From positions 74,152,001 through 74,216,000 of the forward strand of contig OX597815.1 of assembly GCA_951406725.2 (NCBI GenBank): a DNA stretch of 64,000 nt, in the 5' to 3' direction. The position numbers and the translations under genes are program-made. Under the pieces are notes generated by a model. It was not told the DNA's origin. It did no database searches and worked only from the letters and a program-made list of their open reading frames with translations. This document shows positions 1 through 13,311 of this stretch, one piece after another. Source of the stretch: Octopus vulgaris (lineage: Eukaryota). Every line of letters starts with the position of its first letter. Position 1 is the stretch's first letter.

Positions 1-229
1 CACCATTCAAGCATGATTGATGCCTGTGCTGCCTGACTGGTCATGTGCGGTGGCACATAAAAAGCATCCACTACGCTCTTGGAATGGTTGGTGTCAGGAA
101 GGGCATCCAGCTGTAGAAACCTTGCCAAAATGGGTTGGAGCTTGGTGCAGCCTTCTGGCTCACCAGCCCTCAGTCAAGCCATCCAACCCATGCCAGCATG
201 GAAAGCGGATATTAAACGATGATGATGAT
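1..229 (+). mobile_element. 3' part of a SINE/RTE-LINE-tail repeat ending in (GAT)n
   Basis: Motif ggaagggcatccagctgtagaaac...ccatccaacccatgccagcatggaaagcgga..ttaaacgatgatgat recurs at about 19535, 36480-36675, 37250-37460, 37700-37857 and 60900-61040. Confidence 0.7.
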
Positions 230-774
230 TGTTTTTATTAGAATATGTATATATGTGTGTCTGCGTGTGTGTGTGTATATATATATATATATATGAGGTG
301 AAAATAAAGGAGAATAGGAAAAAAAATTGACTAGCCAAGTGGGAATTTAATGAACATCTGCTTAATGGGCAGAGACTTGATTTAATTCCTAACCTTATAA
401 GTGAGTGTGCAAACACACCCACACACCCGCATGCATACACATATAGACAGTCAAAAGTTACAAATTGACATTAACCAGGGCATGTCTATTCCCAGTTGGA
501 TTTCTCTCCATTTATTGGTTTTGCTATTTATGCGCATGGTTTTTTGGCTGTCTGGTTATGAAGCTTGCTTTGTAAGCACATTGTTTTGGGTTCAGCACTT
601 TGGTCAAGTGTCTTCTCATGTGGCACCTTGGTCAAGTGTTTACTAATGTAGTCCCGTGCCAACGAAAGCCTTGTGAGTAGATTTGGTAGACCGAAATTGT
701 GTGTTTATGTATATATATATATGTGTGTGTGTATGTATTTGTGTACGCTAAATGATGAAATGAATGATGATATA

Positions 775-1020
775 ATCTCCTCACATGACTGACCAAACTA
801 TCAGATGTTGTTACACATCGCTGGCCACAAAGTGCTTTGCATAATTTTAGCCTTTGAATGACCCCACCCCATGGCTAAGTGAGAAGGCCAATATCTCCCC
901 ATGATTGAAAGAGGGACTGGAGCGACATGAAATGATGTGCTTTGCTCAAGAACACGTGTTGTCTGGGAATTGAACCCTTGATCTAGCAATTGTGTATGCA
1001 ATAGCCTAATCACTAGGCTG
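775..1020 (-). mobile_element. tRNA-derived SINE (second family)
   Basis: gtgctttgctcaagaacac and ggaattgaaccc (box-B-like on the minus strand); related to 43720-44040. Confidence 0.5.
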
Positions 1021-1038
1021 CCTTCAAATATGTATGTA

Positions 1039-2235
1039 TTGGGTCATCCCATAAATAATGCGTCTATTTTATACTTCTTTTATTTGTCAAAGTTAAGATA
1101 AACAAAGTTCTTTTTAAATCTACAATGCTCTTCCATCTATCTGGTAGACTTGCAAGGTCCCTCTTCCAAAATTCACTTCTCCGTGATGAAAAATATTCCT
1201 CCTGTACTGTTCTGACCTCGTCTACAGAATTCATATTTTTTCCATCCAAATGATTTTGAAGACTATGGAATAAGTGATAATCAGATGGGGCAATGTCTGG
1301 TGAATATGGTGGGTGGGGCATTGCTTTCCATTCAAACTGCTGTATATGGCTGAGCATTATCCTGATGGAAGAAAACCTTTTGTCTTGAAACCAAAGATAG
1401 TCATTTTTTTCCTAGCGCTGACTTAAGCTGCTTGCATTAGACCTCTTTTGTTATTGTTTGGTTTGGGTTTAAAAGTTCAAAGTGGACTAAACCTTTCATA
1501 TTCCACCAAACAGATAACACCTTACATGGGTGAAGACCTTTAGCCTGGGATGCTGGAGTTTCTCCTTTCCCTACCCAGTCTTTGGTGCTTGACATTTTTA
1601 TAGAGAACCCATTTCTCGTCACTAGTCACTATTTGGTCCAAAAATGGTTTATTCATGAGAAATGACAGCAAAGAAGAGCACACATTCACTCTCTGCATGC
1701 AATTAGACTTGGAAAGTTTGTGAGGAACCCAATTTGCTAACTTTTCCAATGGTATGCAGGTGTTGCTGAATGGATGAATGACAAAATCCAGGCTTCTCTG
1801 CTAGTTCCTGGACAGTTACGATGGGATTTTGTTCCACTAGGGTTTGCAGGACATCCTCATTGAGCTCTACAGATCGTCTAGGACAAGGCTCATCTTCTAG
1901 GTTATAGTTTCTGGCTTGGAATTTCTGGAGCCACCGTTGACACTAGCTTATGCTTATTGTCCGATCCCCATATACTGCATTAATATTCCTTGCACTTTCC
2001 CTTGCATTGTTGCCTTTATTAAACTCATAGAGCAAAATATGCCAAATATGTTCCTTTGTCACTTCCATTATAGCTTTGAAAAAATAACCATTAAAATGGA
2101 ACTGCACTCTTCAAAACTTGCACTAAAATTAGTACCTGCTTTTATAGAAAGTTGATGCAGGTAGTTTATCCTATGCCCCTTCAACTTTTAGTTCATGCAA
2201 ATGAAAAAAAAAACGCATTGTTTATGACATGATCC

Positions 2236-2237
<2 letters not shown>
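1039..2237 (-). mobile_element. Degenerate full-length mariner (DD34D-type) DNA transposon
   Basis: TIRs ttgggtcatcccataaataatgcg (1039) / cgcattgtttatgacatgatccaa (ending 2237), TA on both sides. Minus-strand ORF fragments carry WVPHKL, IVTSDEKWVLY, SVWWNMKG and HPPYSPDIAPSDYHLF. Confidence 0.93.
1064..2075 (-). pseudogene. Frameshifted mariner transposase
   Basis: ORF pieces 1540-1749, 1437-1622 and 1064-1357 lie in different frames and carry consecutive mariner motifs; the upstream boundary is approximate. Confidence 0.85.
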
Positions 2238-2272
<35 letters not shown>

Positions 2273-3019
2273 TATTTCAAGATTTCATGCTAATAGAGAA
2301 AGAGCTGGTTTCTAACATGTATGCATGTAGATTTATGTTTTGTTTTATGTATGTATTCTCATGCATATAGCTTCGTGTCTAGACATGCTCATATATACTT
2401 AAATGATAAACTTCTGGAACTTCTTTCAGTTTCTGTCTACCAAATCCACTTACAAGGCTTTGGTTGGCCTGAGGCTACAGTAGAAGGGACTGAACCCAGA
2501 ACTGTGTGTTTAGGAAGCAAGCTTCTTATCACACAGCTATACCTGCACCTATTTTATGTATAATTTTATTTGTATAAAATTGTGTGCATGTGAATGTATT
2601 TATGTTGGCATTAAATCCTACTTATGTAACCTACAACATAATTGAAAAATAGGTGTTTATTTAATGACGATGATGATAATATTAGGAATATTAAAATCTC
2701 TGAATAAGGTGACCATCAAGTATGTTTGCAGAGCATTCTGGGTAAATGCTTTTACCAGTTAAGTTGGACATACTTTGTTACATGGAATATCACAATTAAC
2801 CTGCTTACATAGCTGATTTGCTAAAAAGAGAATTCAAACAAACACTAGAGGCACTTTTAAGTTTCTGTTGATTTATACTATTAAACTCTCCAGTCAGATG
2901 AGATAAGCTTTGGCACCATTATAACAAAAATAAAAATAAAAAAAGGAAGGTGATATTTAAACCTATCAATTGTGATGTAATGCATGTTAAAAAAGAAAGG
3001 ATTTCTTAGGACTGCATAT

Positions 3020-3612
3020 CTTTTATCTTTTACTTGTTTCAGTCATTGGACTGCAACTATGCTGAGGCACTGCCTTGAAGGGTTTAGTTGAACAAATTGA
3101 CCCCAGCACTTATTTTCTTTTTAAGTTTGGTTCATATTCTATCAGTCTCACTAAGCAATGGGGACATAAATAAACCAACACCAGTTGTCAAGCTCTAGTG
3201 GTGGACAAACATGGCATAAACACACAACTTTTTTAACATCCACTTTTCCATGAAAGCATGGCTCAAATGGAGTTTACTGAAGCAGATTTTCTATGGCTGG
3301 ATGTCCTTCCTGCTGCCAACCCTCACCTATTTCCAGACAAGGTAGTATTTCCCCATTCCCAGATATATTTTCATAGAATGTTGAAAATGAATGACGTTTA
3401 TTTACAACTACCACATGATGTCAAGACAAGGCCACACATGTGCACAAGCACATATGTGATGAACTTCTTTCAGTTTCTGGCTACCAAATACATTCACACA
3501 CAAGGCTTTGATAGGTCTAGGGCTAAAGCAGAAAACACATGCCCAAGGTGCCATGCAGTGGAACTGAACCTGAAACCACAACCTGAACCTCTTAACCACA
3601 TGGCCATGCATG
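3020..3612 (-). mobile_element. Composite/nested tRNA-derived SINE
   Basis: Tail cttttacttgtttcagtcatt, body with ctaccaaat/acaaggctttg, head ttaaccacatggccatgc, and an RTE-tail piece inserted at about 3235-3430. The 167-aa ORF here is a SINE artefact. Confidence 0.65.
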
Positions 3613-3814
3613 CATCTATGCATTGTAGTATATTGGCTAACTTTCTAAATAATATTTTTCACCTGTGCCACTGTTGCACAGTTTGCCACGTATCTCTGAG
3701 CAAACAATTTGGAGGTTTGGCAGGTTTTTGCGGTGGAACAATGGTATTGGTCTCTTGGTGATCTTGTGATAAGGTTAAAGCACAATTATGGAAAAGAGTT
3801 TCAACCTTGGTGCA

Positions 3815-4235
3815 CACATGGCTGTGTGGTTCTGATGTTTGCTTCCCAACAACATGGTTCTGAGTTCTGTCCTGTGGTGTGGTACCTTGGACCAATGTCT
3901 CCTCCTATAGCCCTTCAACAGCCAAAGCCTTGTGAGTGGATTTGTAGATAGAAACTGACTGGAACCAGTTGTATACACAAAGTCACACATACATGTGTGT
4001 GTATGGGTTACCGTCTTCCTGGTTTGACATTGTATAATAGTTGTAAATGACTGTCACTGTTAGGCATGTGTGTCCTTCATTTCTAATCATCCTTGGAAAT
4101 ATCTGGTCATATTACCTTACTTGGAAACAGGCAAAGGGTGGTGACAAGCAGGGCATCCAGCTGTAGAAAATCCTGCTTCAACAAATTCTGTTTGACCCCC
4201 ATGAACAAGGGAAAGGTGGATGTGAAAATAATGAC
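3815..4235 (+). mobile_element. tRNA-derived SINE
   Basis: catggctgtgtggtt head, aaagccttgtgagtggattt body, gggcatccagctgtagaaaa tail. Confidence 0.65.
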
Positions 4236-6591
4236 TGGAGCAGCTACAAACACAAAATTTAAATTATTTTAATTAATTCAAAATTATTTAGGTTTATAAA
4301 TAACTTTTTGAGATTTTGTTTGAATATATTTTGATTGTTGGTTAATAAAAGCTGTTGAAATTATCTGTGTATAACAAATTGCTTTTTCAAAAACCTGTTG
4401 AATTAATTAACATGAATAAAATTTATTCCATTTGAATATACAGTATTTTTGAAAGTTGTATTTTTTCATTAAAAATACTTAGAACAACTATACACACATA
4501 TGTACACATACACACACATGTATTTACATATATAAACATTAACACACATGTGCATATATTAATTCTTGTTTTTACGTTAAGTTATAATAAAAGCAATTTA
4601 AAATTAAATTGAAGGATTACTCAATACTTTTTGTGGAGTACAATTTCATTAATCTTTAACAATAATATTAATAGTAACTTTGAAGGTTTGGCCAGCTTAG
4701 CTGGCCAGAACTTTGAAATCATTGTCAATACTATTCTTGTTAAAAAAATAAACACACACACACATATACACATGTATACATATATGCATACATGTATATG
4801 TATGTACACACATGCACATTTTTTTTTTTTTACATTTGTATATATCTTATACCTCTGAAAAATTCCATCTCCATGAATTTGTAAAGAGGTTTTTTTTTCT
4901 TTGTTCTTCCTTTCAACCATAACAAGTTAGTGATACCTTTATTATTTTTTCTCTTTCTTTCACCATCTCTCTCTCTTTTCTCTTTCTCTCCTGCCCTTGC
5001 AGCTCTGCCAAAGCTTGTAGAACTTGGCGATGGCATACAGCTGTAGTAAATATTGCCAGGATATATTCTCTTAGAATGCGATGGAGATTGTTTTTCTTCT
5101 GCTTGTTGTAGTTGCTACTGTTTCCTCTCACTCTACTATTTAGAAAAAGAAGTGAATTAGAAGCTTTCCTCTGTGGACCTTTCAATTATTTTGTTTCACC
5201 ATTTTGTCTCTCTTTCTCTCTCTCTCTCATACACCAACTATTTTCTTTTTTCTTTTCACTATTCCTCCTCTTGGAGTAGTGTGGAAGCCATTAAGATGAT
5301 GCCTCTCTCCTGTTTACATTTGCTATCGGCTTGTTGCCTGTCAGTTTTTACGACAGCACCTTTATTAAATAATAATGATAATAATTCTAAATTGCCATTA
5401 TAAATAGTCAGAAAAAAAATTAAGTTCTGTATCTTATTTTGCTTTCATTTTTGTATATTATTAGATCGTTGAGTAGTAATGAAACATTTCACATGTCCAT
5501 ATGGTAAACGAATTTAAATATTAAAAAGCTGTTGTCACAATCAATTAAATTAGTTTTGTTGTCTGTTTTAGTTAAATATTTAAAATTGAGTCAACATACT
5601 TTTTTCTTTTTTTCTCTCTCTCTCTACCTCCTAGATCTGTTCCTTATGTATTTCCCAGGTGTAATTTATATTTTCTTGTGTTAGTTTATTTTCTAATTAT
5701 TGCCTTTATAGCAAATCATTCTTGTCATAAAATAAATGATGCAATCATGTTTTATTTATTTTATTATATTATCATCTGCAAAAAAGGAAACTGAAGTATC
5801 ATATGTCTAATCAGATACTTCCTTACGACAAATTTATATTTATTTAAAATCTTGCTTTGAGTAGGTTATAAACAAATAGCCACTCATTGTTTCTTTTTTT
5901 TTTTTTTGTTCCTTTTGGCTTGGAAAAAATGTCACATTAATAGCTATCATACAAGTCTGCCTGCCATAAATTTGTTACGTGCAAGACCTGTTTTTGTAGG
6001 CCAACTTGCTGGTGTAAGCTCCAAAGATTTGGTGTGAAGAATAGCCTTCAGGCTGCATGGATAAAATTGTCAATCACAGCTGTGCTAAGCTAGAGTAATT
6101 TGCATTACTTGGAAAGAAATATTTGTAGGATATTCTCAGATACCAGAATATGATTATTACTTTCACTGTGTCAGGGTGTTGATAATGGAATTAGCAAACT
6201 AGCTAATCAATATCTCTTTATAGCACATTCACCAATTTGACTTTTGAAAACCTGAACATTGGCACAGTTCTTGCTTTACCTTCTTCTTCCCTTTCCCTTC
6301 CTATGTTTTTCTTTCTTCCTTTTCCTTCCTATATTTTCTTTCTTTTCCTTCCTATATTTTCCTTCTTCCTTTTCCTTACCATGTTTTTCTTTCATTTTTA
6401 TATTTTTCCTTCTATTTTTCTTTCCTTTATTCTTATTTCTCGGTCTCTAATTTCCTCTGTTTATATACTGGCTTTAACATAGATTTGTATAAATTAGTCC
6501 AATAAATTGTTCACAGAATGTAAGAATTTATGATGGTTGAGAATTTTTGAAAAGGAAATGAAGAAATAAAAGTAGCAGCAAAAGGAGATAA

Positions 6592-6601
6592 AGAGAGAGA
6601 T

Positions 6602-6668
<67 letters not shown>
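6592..6668. repeat. (GA)n microsatellite
   Basis: Long GA dinucleotide tract; explains the SLSLSL ORFs. Confidence 0.95.
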
Positions 6669-6672
<4 letters not shown>

Positions 6673-7218
6673 AAAGGCATTGCAATGTGTCAGCAATATT
6701 GATTTTTATGTATCTTGAAAGACAGTTAACCAGCTTTCAATGAATATAGAAGATATATTCCTCTCTGTACTAACTAATATTTTAATATGAAATGAGATAT
6801 TTATGGCCTTCTTTTGAAGAATACACAAGAATTTATTATCAGATAATACTAAATAATTAAGATATATGTTTCTCTGTTTGTCTTATATTTGTTTAGTCTG
6901 TAAAATACACAATACAGATGTTTACTCAACTGTCATAGAATATACTGTTTTATAACAGTTTCTGAATTCCAAGAGTAGACATGTTATAGATTCTCAGGTA
7001 ATGACCTTTTCAGATTATAAGCATAATGATGAAAATGTCTAGAACATTATGCAACTTTTGTATAACTTTCTACGTTGGAACTTGTTGCTGTTGTTATTAT
7101 GGTTTGTGGATGTTATTATAAAGTGTCAACTATGAGTTGTACACAGTTTTATTGTTTAAAAGGTTGTTATTTGGCAACCTTTAGGTGTACCAATTAATAT
7201 GGCAATTATGCTATTAGA

Positions 7219-7450
7219 TTAACTCTTACTGCTCAGGAACCAAATATACTTGGTTCTGTGCATGTGCACTTGAGATCTGGGAACTGAGTCAACTGATTTT
7301 TGAAAGTGGGGTATTTCCAGAATTCTCCACATTTCCTATGGCATAGTATGCACTTTTTATTTTTATGGCCAATAGAAAAAGGTTGCAAGAACTGATTTGC
7401 CTACAATTAGTGTGTTGCATTTGCTCATTAGTATGTACATTGAGGGTTAA
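7219..7450. mobile_element. piggyBac-type MITE (family C)
   Basis: ttaactctt...gagggttaa ends; second copy at 25488-25713 shares catgtgcacttgaga and aagaactgatttgc. Confidence 0.6.
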
Positions 7451-8108
7451 TAGTAGTATAATAAGATAGGTTAATGGTAGTTAATGAGGGTTAATGGTAG
7501 TGAAATAAGATAGTTGATCCTGGTTTGATACTTGCAGAGGACTGACTTGAGTCTTGGGTCACCACTTTGGTATGATGCAGTTATGTGCAGCTGTGTTTCA
7601 GTGTGACTTGTTATGCTATTTGAGGTGCTCTGGCATGCTGAAACTCAACCCATGGCCCCTTTCTGTTTAAGTCCCAAGTAGTTGTGTCTTCCAAGGTGTC
7701 TTGCTTAGTAAAGATCCAAGCATTTAAATTGTATGAGGACTATTCAACAGTTTGGCATACATTTTCTGTGAAACTATCTTCAATGTACTCATCATTAGGA
7801 TTTCAGTAATCATATATACACAAACGTGGCATTGCTTTAAGATATGTATTGATATGTAAGATCTGTATTGAATGCACAGCTGCACTCTAGTTCATCTTTT
7901 TATCAAGTCATTTATCAACTCATTTTTTTTATCAAGTCTTTTATCAACTCATTTTTGTGAGTTCCTTGTAATTTATTTGAAACAGTGAAGTTTCTAAATC
8001 CTATCATTACCATATCTAGACTTTCATAATTAAATTTCTAGATGAAGTGATGTTGGTATGTATTACTGCCTCTATATAGTAATCAGGACCAATGTGATTG
8101 ATGTAGAC

Positions 8109-8728
8109 CAAGGTTGGCTTAGAGATTAGTGTTAACCCCTGAGGGTCTATGTGGTTATATAAGCAGTTCATAAAAACCAGAAATGATTTTAAGCATTGAG
8201 GGCAAAATTATAGGCTGAGTCTGGAAGAGCATGGTCATTTACAGTTAAAACTCACTAATTTCCTGCCAAATATCTGGTATTTATAACTAGTATTTACCAA
8301 ACACATACTTCACATTTAACCTGTGTTATTACTGATTTTACTGTTAATACCTGCTGCCTTTCTTTCAATTTTTAAAATAATGAAGAATTTAGTGAAAATA
8401 ACTTTCTAATTAAGCTGGGGTCTGGAACAAATTAGCATAAAATTTTGATGGAAAATTATAATTTAGACCACTTTAAAACAGTAAGTTTATGTCATATAAC
8501 TTGGGGCAATCTCAGGTGGGTTCAGTCAATTATATTGACTGAATTTTTATTGTTCTTTATCTATTTTGTTCAGTATTTTCATTAAATTTTTCTAAATATT
8601 TCTTTTTAAAAAGTAGTAATGACTCAAAAGAATGAAGGAACTATTGTTTTTAAATCAAGAATTTTTTTATTATATTTATCAACATTTCTACGATGGAGTC
8701 AGTCATATAGGAAGTTTGTTGACCCCTG
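8109..8728. mobile_element. hAT-type non-autonomous element with a nested MITE
   Basis: Ends caagg(ttggc) / (gttga)cccctg with 8-bp flanking duplication atgtagac / atgtagat; a TTAA MITE lies inside at about 8316-8525. Confidence 0.55.
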
Positions 8729-9670
8729 ATGTAGATATTACTACATAAATTAGAATTTTTGACTGTTATATTTATTCATTATGAGTTGAGTGTTTATTTT
8801 TGTTTTCTGACTAGTATATATTTGGTCTGATTATTTTAACCTTGTGTTGTGTTGAGAATTGCTTCTCACATTCATTGTTATTTTTGTTGAGAAATTCTGC
8901 AAAGTCATTTTCCTATCTAGTTTTGTTTTGTTGGATATTTCTTACAACAAGCAATAATATAACAACAATTGTTTCTTCTAAGTGTATGATAAGTCAGTAG
9001 AAGACTGTTTTATGTATATGGACAATATAAAATAGATTTATGACATTTACAGTTTTTTGTGTTTGCAATCAAATCTATCAATAGTTTATGTTTATCAGTA
9101 GCTTGTATGAGGGCTTTCCAGGAAGACCATCATAAATTATCTAAAAAAAACATGCTTTCAATAATTGTTCTGCAAGCTCACTTGGCATTTATGTGTTTTG
9201 GCAGACTCTACAAACAAAGTTGTGTACCTGTACATCGGTATGTAGAAGTATATTCCAATGTATGGAACTGTACCATTTTTTTTTACGACAGCATCAGATC
9301 AAAAGGAAAAAAAATCATTTCTCCACATGTATGGTATGCTATGCAGTATTTTCAAAATAGAATCTGTAATTAATTTTTTGTCCAAAATTTTGGGTGGTTA
9401 GACATTGATGGCCAGCCAGACTGTCTGACTAGTCATCGATAATTGTTGATTGTCTGATGAGCAGTGAAACTTTAAATTCATGATGTTTCTCTCTGTGTCT
9501 TTCTCCATATATATATATATATATATATATTCTCAATCCTTTGTATGTTGAACCGTTAATTCCTACACCTTGAAACATCAAAGTTTTTCCATTCATCCCG
9601 CGTGTTAAACTATAACACCTGCTTCATGTTTACTCTCCTTTCTTCATCTTTTGTTTTCTGTAAATTTGAA

Positions 9671-9726
<56 letters not shown>

Positions 9727-10866
9727 TAATATGGTATATATGTATGTGTAATCAATTTGCAGAATTTAAAGCAACCTCACTAGTGCTGGTGCTGTAATAT
9801 AATCTACCTGGGTACATTTTACCAAACAGATAGTGTTGGAAAGGGTATAAGGCTATAGAAAACATGCCAAAGTAAGCTGCTATCTGTGCAAGACATGATC
9901 CCCTTAACCATGTCTAGGATGGCAGTAACTCCAAATAACTGACCTGGACTGTGTTAACTCATCTAACCCTTGCCAGTAAGAAAGTAGACATAAAATGATA
10001 TATAAGCTTGATTTCAATTCTTATGCTATTTCTTTTCCTTTTCAATTGTAACTGTATAGGGGGACTGCATAGTAATACTGGAGGCTGATATTTCTCAGAT
10101 GAATCTTTTAGCTTGATTTTAGTCTGATTTTTTTTAATTGTTAAAGTCTTTGAAAAAGTATGGCTACTAAAATATCTCATTTCTTTTCCTGTTTGTGTAC
10201 CTGAAGTTGATTCAGCTTCACCCTTTTCTTTTATAGTCATCTTATAATTGTTTGTACTTTTTCTTCATTCGTTCTCCAGTCTCATTCTGTTCTACTGTCA
10301 TAATGTTCATATCCTTTTAATGACTTCTAATTTATCATCTACAAGTTAATAACCTCCTCATCTTAATGCCACAGTTGTTCTCAGTTAGTCTTGTTATGTA
10401 TTGTGGTGTATATTACTATGCTAATCAAGGTTAGCCCCCACATATTTATATAAGGCAAACAAGATGGGAAGTTAAAATTCAGAAGGTCATTGACCATCTA
10501 CGACAGCTGCTGCTAAATGTATTTCCCTGGTTTGCTGTATTTAAGCAAGTGGTAAAGTTTGTTTTCTGCTACATATGCATACTGTGTATGTATATTTTTG
10601 AAGTGTGTGTTGTGGTTTCCAGAAATTGGTATCAATTTATATACTGTATTTATTAAAGAATTGTGCTTTTTGAAACCTTATTAGCTTGGTGCATGTCTGT
10701 ACATACATTGTGTGTGTGTGTGTGTGTGTGTATAATTAGAGGATAAAATGATTAAAATTAATGAATTTTATCAGTAGCCAGCATATAAAAACCTTTTAGG
10801 CAAAATACATTTATAGAGATATATAATTGTATAGGGTACAACCATATACAATTCTCTCTCTCTCTC

Positions 10867-10911
<45 letters not shown>

Positions 10912-11256
10912 AAAAATGAAGTTTGAAAATGCTGCTATATTATACAATTTTTAATTTTATATACATTATAACATGTTTCAGTTCCTGAAATGAACCTATC
11001 AAAAGAAGTTATATATAAAAAGATAGTTCATGCTATCAATCACAAGAAATTCATTTATAATACACAACGGTGTCAGACATCATAAAGTTCATAAATATAT
11101 TTGAAGTAGTTCGTTCATGCTATAGTTTAAAGTGCATGATGCAGGTTCACGGTGGTGACATGCATCCAATACAAAACAGATCATATATATATAATCGTTT
11201 AATGTCTGCCTTCCATGCTGGCACACACACACACACACACATATATATATACACGT

Positions 11257-11302
<46 letters not shown>

Positions 11303-11509
11303 CAATGATGCTTGCAACAAACTAAAACTAATGAGCATATCATTTAGTATTTATTTAGATTTACAATTGCAACTTTATTGTAATATTGGAGTGATATTTC
11401 CCAGATGAATCTGCAAACCAATTTGATTTTGCTTTCTAACTATTTCACTTGAGTTATATTGCTGAGGCTTTGGAAAAAAAAAAAGTTAATAAAATCTCTT
11501 TTTCCTTCT

Positions 11510-11800
11510 ATAAATATGAGGTCATGTAAGCAAAGATATCTATTTGGAGCTTTTCACTTCTGTTCTGTGAAGGTCAGAACTTGCTCTTCTTTCTGTTGAT
11601 ATAAGTTAGTGGAGAAGGTCATGCTATTAAACCATCTCTGATTTTGAGGCAGCCAAAATCAACAGAGAGTGGCAGAAAAATGACCCACATAGTGCTGGGT
11701 TCAGTATGCCCCCAAATCACCGAGGCCACTACTGCAATGCCTGCAAATCCTGGATAGATCTGAATTTCAACTTGAGATGACATGGCAAAACATTGAAGAG
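11510..11800 (+). mobile_element. Decayed RTE-type LINE 3' fragment
   Basis: Translation with stops: ELALLSVDIS*WRRSCY*TISDFEAAKINREWQK...HYCNACKSWIDLNFNLR*H, resembling the RTE C-terminus (DR..WR..FE, terminal C-x2-C...H). Confidence 0.45.
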
Positions 11801-12069
11801 TACACTGTACAGCTGTGTCCTACTGAACCCTCATTCATTGAAGCAACAAGAGTCCAATAATTCAGAAATGTGTGTGCTTGTAAAAAATATCAACAGATTT
11901 ACTTTAGCTTTTATTGACCTGTAACTATTGAGTATATTTATAGATTGCTTAAACATTTTCCCAGTTATTAATTGTTAATGTGAGGAAAATAATGTTCCAT
12001 CTGCCCCTTTCATTTTACTTATATTAGTTCACTTTTTATCTGTATTTTTCTCTTTGTGTATTTGAAGCT

Positions 12070-12125
<56 letters not shown>
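12070..12125. repeat. (CT)n microsatellite
   Basis: Pure CT tract. Confidence 0.95.
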
Positions 12126-12130
<5 letters not shown>

Positions 12131-12683
12131 TGACACTGTTGATGCATTGATTTTTGGTTCTGGGTCATCACAAGGTCTAATGCTGTGTTCAATATATTCA
12201 ATAAGGATCACATTCTGTTCCTGAATCTGCAGATTGCCATTAATTTTCGATGGTGGTGGGGATTCCTTGTCATGTTGAGAGTGTTACTTTTTGCCATCAA
12301 TTTTAAGTGCTCGCTTTGAAGAAATTTTTGCACACAATCAATTAATTTCACAAGGTGGGACATGCAATTGCCCTTGAAAAGTCATTGTATTCTTGTTTGA
12401 AGGAATGACTTGTGTAATTCTTCCTCATTTTCAGCTCACAGTTGTTGGAATATTATAAAAGATTTTGCTTTACTTTTTATCTTATCTTCAAGGCAAAGTA
12501 AAATGTTTGGTGCAGGTCTGGACTGTTATTTTGCGATAAAATGTTCTTGATGAATTACAAATGTATCTCAATGGCATTTGGAACTTTTTAAACTCCAATA
12601 TTGACAGCCATATTGGGAAGATCACTGGTTGCATAATAATGTTATCACTGAAAATATTGCTTCCTGTCAAAAATTTAGGACGT

Positions 12684-12910
12684 TTAACCCTTTAGCATTT
12701 AAACCGGTCATATCCAGCACAAATATTCTACCTGTTGTATGTTCAAACTGGCCAAGTATGGCCACTCACACCTACCCTACAATGTCATTCTAAAAATAAA
12801 TTATTACATCATCAAAATCTCAAAACTATGAGGTAATGCATGATTAATTCAAAACTATGTGAATAAAGAAGCATTACATTTGACAGAGTAATCTGAATGT
12901 TAAAGGTTAA
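12684..12910. mobile_element. piggyBac-type MITE (family B)
   Basis: ttaaccctttagcattta...tgaatgttaaaggttaa; other copies at 33053-33238, about 42190-42442 and about 56945-57400. Confidence 0.7.
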
Positions 12911-13012
12911 ACATAGTCAGCCTTTGTATTTATCTCTATTTTTTGGTAAAAAGTATTTCCATTTGAAATGCATCATTATCCAAATATCTTAAACATGCCA
13001 TTAGTAAATCAA

Positions 13013-13311
13013 CACTACCACCAGCAGTAGATTCATTTAGCTGTATGGAAAATTCTGTTCACCAAACTTTTCAATGAACTGACCTTTTATGTCATCTGCC
13101 ATTTCAACAATGTGACTTTTGATGGTTTTGGCACTTAAAGGAATTTTTCCAGTACATTGTCTCCATTTTTATACTCCACAGCTGACAAAATCTCACTCAC
13201 CCACCACAGCTATCACAGATAATTCCCATATAGTATATAGTTGGTTAACTGTGACAGTTTGGTGGACAGAATTTTCCATACAACTAAATGAATCTACTGC
13301 TGGTGGTAGTG
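13013..13311. mobile_element. MITE with 56-bp TIRs (CAC termini; Tc1-like or CACTA-like)
   Basis: 13013-13068 is the reverse complement of 13256-13311 with 2 mismatches; termini cactacc / ggtagtg followed by ta. Confidence 0.8.

Noticed and set aside
3258-3761. Longest ORF (167 aa)
   Set aside because: Runs antisense through SINE and RTE-tail sequence; no protein motif.
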